NCBI RefSeq assembly: GCF_964204645.1
Contig: NC_134025.1
Coordinates: 2,914,001-2,978,000 of the forward strand
Source: Tubulanus polymorphus
Lineage: Eukaryota > Animalia > Nemertea
Direction: 5' to 3'
Length of the DNA: 64,000 bases
This document shows positions 51,301-64,000 of this stretch, in pieces. The first letter of the stretch is position 1; every line of letters begins with the position of its first letter. The translations under genes were made by a program, and so were the position numbers. The notes below the pieces were generated by a model, which was not told where the DNA came from, did no database searches, and saw nothing but the letters and a program-made list of their open reading frames with translations.

Positions 51301-54300
51301 TACTATATGCGAAATATTTACAAAATATTGTAATATTTTTCAGTTAAATCAACTTTTAAATAAAACCTGGATCATGTTATGTCAGTGTTATCGCTATTAG
51401 GATGTATTGAAACCAACATTCTTAAAGATTCGGGAGAATTAAAGGATTAAGATTTAATTTACAGTGATTAAAGGATTAAAACCATAGCAATGACCTCAGC
51501 AACCACTCAGTTGAAATGGGATTTATAAGCACGGAATCTGAAGGTTTTCTTTGAATTCAGGAATGGGAAATATTGAAGAAAAATACTGTAGTTTGTACAT
51601 GTATATATAAGTGATGTTAGATAATCATGGAGTTGATTAGTTTTGTGGGGAGGTAGTACGTGGTTAGTACCCAGCTGAAGAGGAAGCCGAGGGAGGAATC
51701 GGATGGACCAATTCCTTCATCACAGATCAGCGGGATATCTCCTGTCAGATGACCAAACTGATATAATATCAACAAAGCTGTGACACTAATAACTGACCCG
51801 CCTTTTGTAGAGGATAACAATGACATCCGATGGTCAAATTTCGGCTGTTCCTTCCATCTATCCCTAATTATCCTCTTAACGGATAATGGAGCCTTAGCAC
51901 CTAATTCAGCCTCATCCCAATAGTTCTGTGTCTTCTCAGAAGTCTGTCCATACATTCGAATTTAATTTAACAGCATCTCCGACAAATTTTCCCAGCAGGT
52001 GATTTGCAACGCATTGTCGAATACGATAGATATCTTGAAATGGTAGGTAGCTATTGACTCTCGTCACAAGTCCAACGATAGACATTCTAATCAGAAGCTG
52101 AATAGTGGCTTCGACAGCTATCCGAACACTAAAATAGAACTTCCAAAATTGCAGCCAATTACCTTTCTGGTGACAATGGTGACAGCTGCTTCTGCTGTAC
52201 AGTTAGAAATGTGAGATGTTGGTTCATCTGCAGGTTCTCAGTAGATACATGAGGGTAGCATATCGTGTGCGGGAAGGACAGGGATAGGGTACACAATATT
52301 CAGACAGGCTGCAGACACAACCTGTTTACAAACACTGTTTTCATCTCTAGATACTTCGATGGCTTTCGGATTAAATACAATAGTTCATTTTTTCTACATT
52401 GAGTCCGAGGACGAACTTTTGAAAGGGCGTGAGCTTAGAAAGGTTAACTAACCGGTATGATTGTGTATCGTCATGGTTGTAAATAAGTCATACTGATAGA
52501 AGCTTAAATTCAGCAGTGAAAATTAATCAGCCCTAGCATTAATAATTCACACTAGTAAACCTGTCTACAGGTATAGTGAAGAATAGTCTCTCCGTATTTT
52601 TATGGAGCCAGTCGTCCATGCGCGGATCAATTAATCATGGAACCTCGAAAAATAGGCAGGAAAATTACAAGGTGTGTCTTATGAATATTTTAGAAACATC
52701 GGCAGGGAATGATTGAAATGTCGGTAGTATGAACGTGGTTGCAGAGAAAGAAAAAATAGCAGGATAGATTGTTAATCACATCTGAAAAACTGTGCGGTAT
52801 TTACACAAAATTTCAGTAGATCCGATCAGAAAACAGAAATAGTGAAAAATACATCCTCTTTGTGCGGCAGAAGTCATGCTGAAATGAGATTTCCATAATA
52901 GTAAATGATTTCTGTCTATAAAGTAATCAATTATCAAAAGCTTTTTCTGATAACATTGAAATTCTAAAAATGCTAATATTTCTCGGATTGTATTTTTCAA
53001 TCTCTCATTTCCATGCATATATTCAATCGCAAAACAATAACTGAACTCTCTACTGAGCTAGTTGTTTGCCTTTAGGGCAAACGCTTGTTGAAAGAATTGC
53101 ACATTTCATCCATTTTTCTGTAGCAGTTAATTGTCACAGACAGATCGGCTTAGCAGATACTGCGTCATGTTCATTTTACTAGCAAAATGAGGTTTGATAC
53201 CTCGGCGCAGTAATGAGGCTTTTGGGGTATACTACTGCCATAATGATGAGATATATATCAGATCTACATAATCCTATTTCAAGTACCCGGACTATTTTAC
53301 AAAATAAAAGACAAACCAGACGTTTGATCTGCCAACACCCATATAATCAATAGATCTCTTAAATTTACGGCCTCATTTAGTGTCCAGCGCTATTGTCACA
53401 GTTGACACTGAGGACTGATTACATTTCATGGCCTCGAAGCAAAGCAGAGAAAAATATCGATGTGGCTCTGTTTTCAAGAATGGCTATACACTTGGCTACT
53501 GTATGAAGTACTTTTTTTCTAATGTAATAGGTGTCCTATTTCATGGGTGAAATTTGATTTTGTCGTCTATTTGCTCAGTAATCAAGCAGGAGAACATTGG
53601 CCACATATTTGAGAAAATCTTTCAATTGTAAACCATTTTCTCCCGGGTTGAACAGTATTTCTTTTAGACAATGCAATGTGTATAATAAAATAAGTCATTT
53701 CGTACATCTGTTGGTAGAAAACACTGATTTCGAGAGCATAAAAGAACAAACACATCCACAGATTTCTCGATGATGGCAGTACAGATCAGTGGAGCCTGCT
53801 GCAACTTATTGCCAGTCGCCATTCTTCTACTCATTGTCACAATATAAAAATCATGAAATAAAATACGAAACAAAAAGTGCCATCTTTTGATAATCACATA
53901 TAGACCTCTTGCTGGGGATTTATGGCTGATGGCCATCAAAATAGGTCTTCGCCACATCTGGGAATAGAAAAGATCTATTGAAAATGTAGTAAAAAAGAAT
54001 AGGATATGTTTTAAATGAAATAGTTTGTAGAATATCGGCGGGTTTTAATTGAAGAAATAAGTCTGAGGTCGGATATTCTAATCAACATGCTACGTTAGTT
54101 ATCATCACTTGTATCGAGAGAAAATTTCGAATTTGATTAAGAGATAAATGCTGGTAGATTGTATAAGCTGCTTTGGGGATATCTCATAGATTTTGTCGGC
54201 GAAACAGGTTTCCTATAATTCACCTCTATAACGTGATTAAAACAGAGAAACGTAGCCGCAGTAATCCGCGGCTCGCATGTTGTAATTGATTATGAAGCTA

Positions 54301-57300
54301 TCCATGTTCATCGTAGCACAATCCCGGTGATAACTATACAGTCTGTGAGGAAAAAAGCACAAAATATGTTCCCCTTCGACGCCCGGTTAATCGTCGAGAA
54401 ACTACATATGTAACACGAATTTTTATCCAGTTAGTAATTATTTTCAATGCCAGCAGAATTGTTTTTTCCTTGATGTCCGCGCGCCGCGGAGAAATGGCGT
54501 TGAAAATTCCCCACAATTTTCAGCCCGTCATAAAAGGTATCCATTTAACACTGCACGCAAAAATGCGGCTTCTGTGGTGAAAATGAAAATGAAAACTGAA
54601 TTGCCGATGCAAACAAATAATGGAAAACAACTTTAAAATATGATCGCTGTCATATCAGTTTGTCTACTGCTGAGATTGACACGGACAAATTAGTCCAGAT
54701 CACGCAACATTTCGGATCAGTTTGGTTCTTTCTACACGACTCCGCATGACCTTCTGACAGATGACTAATTTGCATAAAACGCCGGGCTTAGAAACTGCCA
54801 TCAGATAACGGGAACATTTTATAGAAGGCATTCACGAAAACTGATAGAAATCTATGAGAATATATTGACTAGCCTCAGAAAGGACAACACAGATCTAACT
54901 GGTCTATAAAAAGATGACCTCTGATTTTCTCTGGGTCTCGCTGTGTCTTCTAAAAGTTGGACGTATACCGCAGCAATAGGAAACTAAAGAGGGTCTCAGA
55001 AATTTGTGAAGTTGCAGCAAGGAACAATACGATATTCTCCGCCTCCGAAAATACTGCGTAATTTTCTGGTAGAGTCAAGCAGAACGGAACATTCTCCAAA
55101 CAAACGAACCTTATAAAATCGAACGCTGACGCCGTCCTGTCAGTGTAGACTATTATATTCTAGTCTGCCCGTGCTTAGAGATATAGATTATAGCAACCAG
55201 GGCCATTCCTGAGTACATTACCTTCAAGACAATAGAAATATTATGAAATATAAATGACCTCTTCAATTTCAACAGTTACTTCTATCGAATTGATGATTTT
55301 ACGTATAAAATGTCTCTAACGACGAACTTTCACCAGTAACCTCGGCCATATTTTGGTCCCTCTTTGAAAACCCATGTCATCAGAGTATTTTTTAGATGTT
55401 TTAGAGGATAGATCCACAGAAGATATGCAGGGAGATGGAAATGATAGAGATTTTATGATAAAATGCTGATTTATTGAGAGAACAGCATTTACTGAAGAGT
55501 CAATTGTTCATAAGGCAGACAGGCTGGCACCTCTGATCTTCCTGAGTACATTTCCATGTTCAGAACTGTCGTTCTTTATGAATATTGCCAAAAGCAGAAA
55601 GAAATTACAGACCAATGCATATTACGTGTATCAAAAACAGTAGGTATGGATACTGTAAAAGACTGGTGATTACAGATGAAAGGCTTCTAATACGAGACGC
55701 AAAGTACCGAGGACCGCTATAAGAAAAATCAGGCCTGAATAGCAATACATGCAGCACACGTGATATTTCAAGCTGTTGACTGGGATAGTCTGAAAGATTT
55801 TTTTAATCGTCATATATTGCCATACCACCATAATTGAAATTGCATAATTTTTTCACCTATGAAAATTATGAATTCGAATATCAAATTTGTAAATAAGAAA
55901 ATGATAGTGTCTGATTCTATTTGGCGCCGGGATTAGGCAAGAGTTGACGTACTCGAGTGTCATAAACTATAGGAAATCATTGCCATTCTCGGGAGATTCG
56001 TCACGATTCATCTCATATTGCCATCGATTGTTAACCATCTTCTGCCCCTGATGAGAAAATGTTCTTCAAACCCGTCGATTCTGATAAATGAGGCATCGGC
56101 GAGAGTTGTGATGATTAAACACTGAGCGGTAATTATCGCACATTTGATGTACGAACAGTACGCAATCATTTAATTGTGGGTTAATCATTGTATGTTTGTT
56201 TCAAAACATCGGCACGAATCGTGAACAACTACGAAACGAAATCAATCCATCAGATAAATATATACTGAATGAATGAAAAAAATACGTTTATGGAGTTCGT
56301 TTACGTATTGAGGATAAAACGTGAAGGATGGTTAGGTTCAATGTCAGCAGTGATGTTGTAATCTTATCAAAGTAACCTTTCATTATCGAGTCGTCGGGTG
56401 TCGGTTATACTAGGTGACTAGCTGACTATTACGTGGCTTCCATAGAAATGAGTGGATTATCGCCTCAGTTGTATTGTAACCGACACGGATAGGCTATTTG
56501 CATGCTGTAACATGACTGACACGTAACGATATAGCTGAGTGACAAAATTACATTCAGAAAAAAAGATACGTTGAAATTGAAGACAGTTCCCGAAAACGTC
56601 AAAGTCGGCCACAATTCTAAAGCGACTGAAGAACTCTTCGGGTGATTAGTACCTTATCATTGGGGGTAAGCTTTTATAAACGGATGAGCTTATACCACTG
56701 TTAGGGATGACAAGAGCCAAAACACGGTTCAAAGAAGTAACAAATCTGGAAATATCCGATCGTGAAGCCAAACCACAAACAAGTAACTGACCAATTATTA
56801 CCACTCTGCATCAGTCTAAGTGGAATACAGAGTTCCAGACAAAATGCGCCATATCTAAGGCCATTATTCATAGACTGGCCACAAGGCTACAGACTCAGGT
56901 CATCGGTCAAATTATTTACCCATTGACTGCGATGCTCGAGGGCACACACACGACTGAACCTCTGCGTCTTGTAAATAAGGCGGCGCCCGAATCTTCCGTG
57001 AACAATGGGATCAGCGGGTTTAATTCCACTCAATTTGACGATTATAACTATCGCACCTCTCCGAGAAATATGGACAAGTTCAATAACCCGGTTGTACGAG
57101 ACATAGCATGATAGATGCCCATTCATCATCGTGTCGTGTAGTAGTCCCCCGATCTTACAGCGGACATTCAAAATTCATATAGGAGGCTATCAGAATCAAT
57201 TGCGGACAAGATATTCTCGTTACTATGACTGGGACGCTGGCATCGATATCCTTATCACGATAAAATATCAAACATTCACTCGACCGACAATACCATCTCG

Positions 57301-60300
57301 AACTTACGATGAACAAAGCAAAAAACCACTTTGCATATTATAGCGAGGTAATTTTCCTTGATACAATCAAATCGTTTTTACTTTTATTTACGTCTGTTGG
57401 CTCCGATGCCAGACTATAGATAGTTTTTCGATATCCCACCATGGGGTTCAAAGCGACTGATTCCATGATCGATTCTTTTTAAAACCACGTGCACAACGTG
57501 AGAACAGTCACAGTGCGCTGCAGGAGAATTTCTACTTTAATCTACGACAACTCGACTAAGGCTATACCACGGGATATATGAATAATTATTACACCAAAAA
57601 ACTATTCTGAATTCTTGAAACACGGACTCAGTTCCATGTTTGTGCACTTATTGAATTTGAATTGAGTTCTTTTTAAATCTTTTGCCAATTGATTCGACAA
57701 CTGGCAAACACAGTATATCACTGATCTAAACACCTTGCAGCAAAATACTCAAGTCATGATAAAGGTATTTAACATAAAGTACTGATAAGATTATGATGGA
57801 CTGGCTGTGCAGAAAATAAAAAGATTATTTTCTGGTTTTCAATCGGACGACCCGAGGCAAATTGATAGATCATGCACAGCTATGGACGCAGATAGTTACG
57901 AGAACAAACGTGGAAATAAAATTTCAGGCGATTCAAAAAACTCTTCATGAGCCAAATAAAGAAAGATTATACGGATAAACAGCTAAATAAAATGTCATAG
58001 TGCAAAGCAACGCAACTTCTGAGGCGAAGTTCATCTAAATAATCATAATAATGGATACTGATAATCTAAATTTATAACTACTTCACACCCTCCGAGCAAA
58101 ATTCAATATTTTCAAACATGAATTAGACAGATTAATGACAATAACAGAGTTCTAAGTGGTTACTTGAAAGTACGAAGTCCTCAGGCTATGGGTGGTGCAG
58201 CAACGCATTACACTTCGTTATAGACCATTGAAAAGTTAAATGGGAGTATTCCGAAGTTAAAATCATAGGAGATTGAATTTCATTCATTTGAGTGAAATTA
58301 GTGAAAACTCGATCGAAAACTGTTTCAGTCTTAGAAACGTAAAGGTTTTAGTAGTGATAGTAATAGCTGTGCATGTATCGATAAGGTATACGCGAACTAA
58401 TGCTTACACTTGTGTCATTCAAACATTGCATGCAATGACAAAAATCAAAATGGTCATGCAACGCAAGTCAATTCATTGGGTACAACATGCAACAATCCAG
58501 AATGTATGGACTAATATGCAACTGTATCAAAAACTCGGTTTCACTGAAGCTTAATAATCTTACTTCTCCGAAACTAAATCAACACCTTAAATCATCATTT
58601 TATGATTAAAAATGAAGTATTCAAAGATATGCAATATACTGCAATATACCGCCAACGGCTTCACACCGACTATAATTGTCCCATTAAATGCTTAACGGTA
58701 ATTAACAATGCGATATTATCAGAAGTAGAATTGATAATTTCAAGTAATTATATCTCATATTTAGAGGATATATCAGACTCTTAATTATGCGGTATATAAT
58801 CTGTAATAATAGTCACAATCCATCATGCTGCTTTGAGAAATCCCCCGGGCACGAAATGAATTTTTTTTCTGATATGAATTCAATACGTTTCGTATCTAAT
58901 AAATGTCTGTGAGGTCTTCACGCAGTGGATCAAATAACTATAAAGACCCTCATTTCGAGCTTCACACTTCAATCACAGTTCTCTCGTAATTATGAAAATC
59001 AATATGAAATATAAAGTTAAAATACCGTAATTAAAACCGATTCCTTTGAAAGTCGTGTACGGAAAATTATACAAGCCTGAATATCATCAAAATATATACA
59101 GCGAATTCAACACGCAACAAACTTTCTATTGAATTTGGTTTCCTTTGTTTTATAGACCATAGTGACGCGAAATCCGGATTTAGGATTAATTAAACGCTAT
59201 CGAAAGATAGCACTGCGCATAGTTTCTCTATACACTGAGCTTAGACATGCAGAATACAGCTAAAAATACAGAATAAATCAGTCCGAACTGAGAAAACCCA
59301 AGCAAACCTCAGTGGACTTCATGTAATTACCTTCACACTAAACGGAAAATGAAGCAACTAGGCTTCAACCATTAGAAGTGCATTAAGAAAAACAAGTTGG
59401 CACATTTAGGCTCAGGGGACGAACATTATCCCACCTAGAGCAAATAAGACAGTTTGAAGTCGTCTCTATCTGGACGGTACTGCGACAGGCTGTAAAGTAT
59501 TAGGGAATACTCGGACGAGAATGTCTTATTTCTGTTGTTCACACCAAGTATAAGATACAAAGGAACGGATCATTTCAAATACAAACTATACATACTTTTC
59601 TGCTTTTCAGGAAATTCCCAGGAGTTTGTTACAAACGCACCATCAAATTTCATAGACAAATTCAAATATGAATCTTCATGATTTTCAAGATGATTCCTCC
59701 TATTTGTTGAGTTCATTTGGTACATTAGTATGTGGGAAGATAGCCATAATGTCTAATAATTAGCCAGCGAAGCCGACAAGAGTAAGACCACATGTCATTT
59801 TGATTGTCGCAGATGGATTCCCATATTTAGTGTAGTATCTTGAACCACACAGAAAGGTTCCCTACAAGGTGGCCATCAAACTACTACAACAAGTGTGCAA
59901 TTTGGAAACGGATTTAGCGCAGAGTAAGATGTGGATTCCTACAGTCTAAAAACTAAAACTTTTGTTTGTAATGAGTTAAAAAAGTAATTCAGTTTCGGGC
60001 GAGGTGAATCTTTGTAATCACTTCCAATTGCGGACACTTCAAAGAAATACCTAAAATCAAAGATAACAAACGTGGACAATATTTGCTGCTTTTATGATAT
60101 ACGTTTTCGAATGCAAACTGTTATGATAACTGACAAAGCATGATTTTTTGTGAAGTCATCTACTGTTGGCAAGCAATACAGACAAATACACCCCCGAGCC
60201 TCGAATATATCTATTCACAAGACATCGGTGATATATACAAAACGATATTGTATAAAGCGTTTTTAATGGAATGCTAATTTTAGGAAATGTAAGAATATAT

Positions 60301-60845
60301 AAGATACTTAACAGTAGGAATATTATCAGTATCAAAACAAAACTTAACCAGTAATAAGTTGTTGATATTGTCATTTTCATTAGTTTTTATTCGTCTTTTA
60401 TGACATATCAATGAGAACGTATAAAGATCTTTTTCTGCTCAGCAGGAAAGAATTAAATCAGTACACTCGTAGAAAATCATATCTTTTATTCAATTCATTT
60501 TTGAGGTTATCCGGTACATAAATTTCAGCAGTACAGCGATGTACACGGCGCTAAATATGGCAATTATCATTTTCAGATCGTTTTATAACAGCCAGCAAAA
60601 GAAATCAAGATAATTGAAAAACGACCCACGAGTATCAAAATTACCTATATAGATTGTCTCAATTCAAACACAAGCCTTTATAGAGACAACTGTGTTACCC
60701 ATATACAATTATTGAAACATGGTAGAATACTCGTAGACAAGGAATTCCATCATGAAATTATTTCTAACTTGAAATCTTACCTTTTAACACTTCTCCTGCG
60801 ACGCTTCGTGGCATACATAGTCTTAATCACCCAATCGTCCACCAT
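30302..60845 (-). CDS. AHR: Aryl hydrocarbon receptor / spineless orthologue (bHLH-PAS)
   Basis: 12 exons: 60845-60781, 49805-49618, 37835-37738, 37638-37549, 33839-33704, 33613-33540, 33447-33260, 33127-33021, 32438-32297, 32209-30968, 30656-30500, 30382-30302 (855 aa). Motifs [104 protein letters not shown] and C-terminal [13 protein letters not shown]. Confidence 0.96.
39220..39545. mobile_element. Degenerate MITE with internal (C)CAATTTAGAACG repeats (AhR intron 2)
   Basis: Starts AGCCGCGTTCAC. AATTTAGAA(C/T)G recurs at ~39260, 39380, 39450 and 39517. Right end is degenerate. Confidence 0.4.
46081..46200 (+). repeat. Palindromic CTGATGAG repeats, possible Penelope-like pLTR/hammerhead relic
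   Basis: ATATCACCTCATCTGATGAGGG occurs twice, followed by a third CCTGATGAGAGG, bracketed by GAGTGAG..CTCACTC. Confidence 0.45.
49240..49528. mobile_element. Harbinger-like MITE with TTTGACCC/GGGTCAAA internal repeats (AhR intron 2)
   Basis: Ends AGCCGCGATT / GATCACGACT are an imperfect TIR. Internal TTTGGCCCAGGTCAAA, TTTGACCC and TTTGTCCCGGGTCAAA palindromic motifs. Confidence 0.5.
50715..50797. other. Inverted pair of degenerate Penelope-type minimal hammerhead ribozyme motifs
   Basis: Plus strand CTGATGACT-GTCAGGATAA-AGTC-GAAACGTC-GAAATAAA. Minus strand CTGAAGATGACT-ATTAAGATATTGCT-GATACGTTGAAA. The two align and are separated by 5 bp. Confidence 0.5.
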
Positions 60846-63800
60846 AGGAGTTCAAAACACTGAACAGCAGTAGGACGCAAATTGTGACACGTTCTTTGCA
60901 GGTGTGGATCGAATACGGACCACCAGGCCTAGGCCTAGAAGGTACCGAGGCTGAAGCGATGTCAAATTTATTTTCGTACAGTCCTGACTCTTTTTTATCA
61001 GTACCAGTGTCTATAGATTTGTTGCCGAGTCGTTTTTTTTTCTAGTTTTTTATCCTCTTTGACTAGATGTGCATGAATGTAAGCACCACACAGAGTTAAT
61101 CATACACACTGTCCACTCGGGCTGTCCTTGTATTGTTAAACATAGCAGACTAGCACGTTCCACTCTGGGTTACGATGCCGCCATCCCCCAAGGCGACACA
61201 CAAACGACAGTCCCGCCTTATTTACGAGCGAAGACCAATCATCGTCGCTGGCGGTAATTATTTGCAACTGAATGGCTGCCGGTTCTATTCCAGCAGCGAG
61301 CACAATAAACCCTGATTATAAAAAGGGTCTGCGCTTTTACGCAGTCCCAAACAGAAGACGTCATTTCTACGTTCGACGCGTCTCGATTCAGAGTAAGGTT
61401 TATATACAGTAAGAGGAAATTAGTCAGTTTTACGCGTAGATGTCAGAAATTTATAACACGGCACCGTTGAAGCGATAAAAATGACTTGAAGCCAGATTGA
61501 AAAGGTACATATCAATAGTAACCATGAATCAGCTCAGTTTTATTGGCAAAATCATATTCAGAAATTCGTCAAAAGATTACGGATCAATTGATGAAAACAC
61601 AGCGCGGTATACGTCACCAGTCACTGATGTAATTAAAACAAGAGATTAAAATCTTAATTCAATATGCCCCACACACAACCTGTGGTCGGCACTTATTAAT
61701 AAAACGCCACCTGACTACAATCTTTATTTCAATTCCGGAATGAAAAAAAAAATAATCAAAAATCGTCACAACAACACACACGAAGCAACCGATGACTCGA
61801 AATAAAAGATTACTGGGTCGGTATAGAAAATCTGGTTGTATTTTTAGAACACGACAAAGAGAGACAAGAACATCATAGGTGACAATACAATCAGTGGTGA
61901 GATTATTCTAACACGTGTGTTTGATGAGGTGCGCATAGAACTGTAACTCTGGGCCGCACACTTTCGCATCAATCGGATGCGGACTCAATCCGAAAAAGCT
62001 GGTAACATGATGGATAGTTGCGTTTCAACATTTTCTAGACGAAGCTTTATATTGTGATATTGTTTGCACAAAGGCTTCGGGTGTTTGACTAGTGCTGCTT
62101 GCGAGAGACTCTTGACTTGACACTGTTCAAGTGGCACTTAAGTACCCTTTCATGAATTACCTCCCCCTAGTCCCATCATCAATACACCATCAACACAACA
62201 CTTGGTCAACGGTTCACCACATAACATGCGCGAATCAAACAAATGCTCTTTACTTCAAATACTTTGAGATGAATGCAGTACTATATCATAACTGTCCTGC
62301 AAACACTCGCTTTCAGCATCATTGAGAAACCATAAGTTATCGAAATGCGTTAAATTAAATTTCACTTCAAGAAGTCGGAACGAGCAGCGTAAAGATGATT
62401 ATCGCTTTTATGAAAATGGACACGGCGAGATTTGGCCCCGGAGCTGTAGCCCTTGAGCATCGTTCAACAGAAATCAGATGGCAAACTGCCCTGAAAGGCA
62501 ATGCCCGAGGATAGTTATAATTATGGCTATTCTTTCAATGCTATTAGTCGTGCAGCAACATGTCAGAAATTACCATGAAATGTAAACCTTCACAGCGTGA
62601 TCAGCAGGAAACAAAAGTTAGATTTAAAAAGCTGGGAATCACCAACGTTACTCCCTCAAAATACACATCCCTGATATCATGGACGACCTGTGAATGAGCG
62701 AAAAATTAGGGAAATAGAGTGATGTTGATCAAAGGCCTTTGGAAATTAAAACAACTGATCTTCAATACCGATGATATTGTCGCAAAAAGCAATAACAAGC
62801 GAAGTTATTTGCCATCCTGAACCCGGGTCCACCACAGTTTTGAGTTGAAATTTGACTGATTAGCCAAATAAACTGATGCGATAGCAAAAGGGTTAATCGT
62901 GACAATAGACCCCTCAATTGCTGGCATCAATCTTTGCGCAAAAAAGTCAAGAATCGGCTTCAATAGCGAAATTCCATCAGATGACAATTAGTACAATAAC
63001 CGCATCAGACACCTCTGTACCCAACATTCAACCCCATCTGGTGTGTTAAATACACAGTCGTCACTCGTATTGAATTATCGCTGACGTGCGAATTCAAATT
63101 TCATCGTCTTTTCATTGACGAGTTGAAAAGTTTTACTACAACGATCTACACATTGCAATTACGTGTGATAATAAAACCGAAAGAATGCACAACGGATTCG
63201 ACGGAAGGTGTAAACTTTCACTCGTCAACCACCTGCTTACGGTGACTACGACTTCCTCCAGTTCACTCTCTTACCACGCTGTGGATTCATACGAAAGCGA
63301 TTCTTTCCTCGAAGATCCAGCCAATAAAATGATTTGTGGCATCTTACGCATCGGTTTTCAACGAAACGAAACATTCAAAACTTATAAACCGTGACACACG
63401 GGCGCACGCTCGAAAAATGAATATATTTCACCGACACAGCGTGGGTATTTCTCAAAACGTTTTCTTCTTTCTGCGACTGTTTCTGATTATTACACATTTA
63501 TTACAATGAAGCTTTATTAGCGACTATTCACGGATTTTTAAGCGTGACTCACAATTTAAGTAAAACGACTGGGAACTGGCTCCCTGATGATTTAACTGTC
63601 CGTGCAACTGCCGTTCGGAGGGAAAGTTAGTTTTGACGATTACTCCATTAAAACCGAAACCTTTCGACGACAAAATTGATCCAAACATTTTTCTCGTTGA
63701 GAATAATTCATTAAAATGCCTATAGTCGTATATCAGACGAAATCGATTTTCTTGATGTTCATCTAAGTTCCAACTAATCTGTAAGCTTTTTGATCAGATA

Positions 63801-64000
63801 TTTGAAAAAAGTTAACTAGTAATACTTTACCTCATATCCACTTTCTGAAACCCCTCCAACTTTATGAAAAAAACTTCAAAATCAGTAATTCCCATCAAAT
63901 AAATGATCTTTATCTGAACTTCTTTTCAAGATCACTTTCACTGTCTTCTTCCAAAAAGAGTGTCTATTGAAAATATTTTTTCAGATGCTTATATGTTGGA

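Noticed and set aside
38320-59120. XRE/DRE (TNGCGTG) sites in AhR introns as an autoregulatory cluster
   Set aside because: About 6-7 scattered sites were seen, roughly what base composition predicts for this length, with no clustering.
33801-63394. Numerous 60-115 aa ORFs in AhR introns and upstream as nested genes
   Set aside because: Mostly non-ATG starts, no recognisable domains and no consistent splice structure. Expected by chance.

Overview
AT-rich eukaryotic (invertebrate animal, probably lophotrochozoan) genomic DNA with spliceosomal GT-AG introns, so most of the ORF track is single exons or noise. Hand-splicing gives eight protein-coding genes whose exon lengths sum to whole codons: QRSL1/GatA (+, 10 exons, 505 aa), GSKIP (+, 2 coding exons, 134 aa), NUS1/NgBR (-, 5 exons, 251 aa), two tiny tail-to-tail genes for secreted Cys-rich peptides (57 aa and 70 aa precursors), a NOX1-3/gp91phox-type NADPH oxidase (+, 15 exons, 569 aa), a 724-aa protein with a long disordered region and a calmodulin-like EF-hand C-terminus (+), and an aryl hydrocarbon receptor/spineless orthologue (-, 12 exons, 855 aa) spanning about 30 kb with two introns of about 11 kb. 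The first 6.5 kb is repeat-rich: a ~150-bp satellite, minisatellites, a tandemly duplicated exon-intron cassette, nested MITEs and a LINE 3' end. Most interesting: (1) the paralogous pair of secreted CxxxC helical-hairpin peptides, one with an 8-Cys spacing resembling nemertean neurotoxin B, a candidate undescribed toxin or defence peptide locus; (2) a ~120-bp cytoplasmic dynein heavy chain coding fragment directly behind a TTAA/piggyBac-type terminus in a NUS1 intron; (3) the disordered-region plus EF-hand protein with repeated TQT motifs; (4) degenerate Penelope-type hammerhead relics in the AhR introns. All homology calls are from recognition of motifs; no database search was run.
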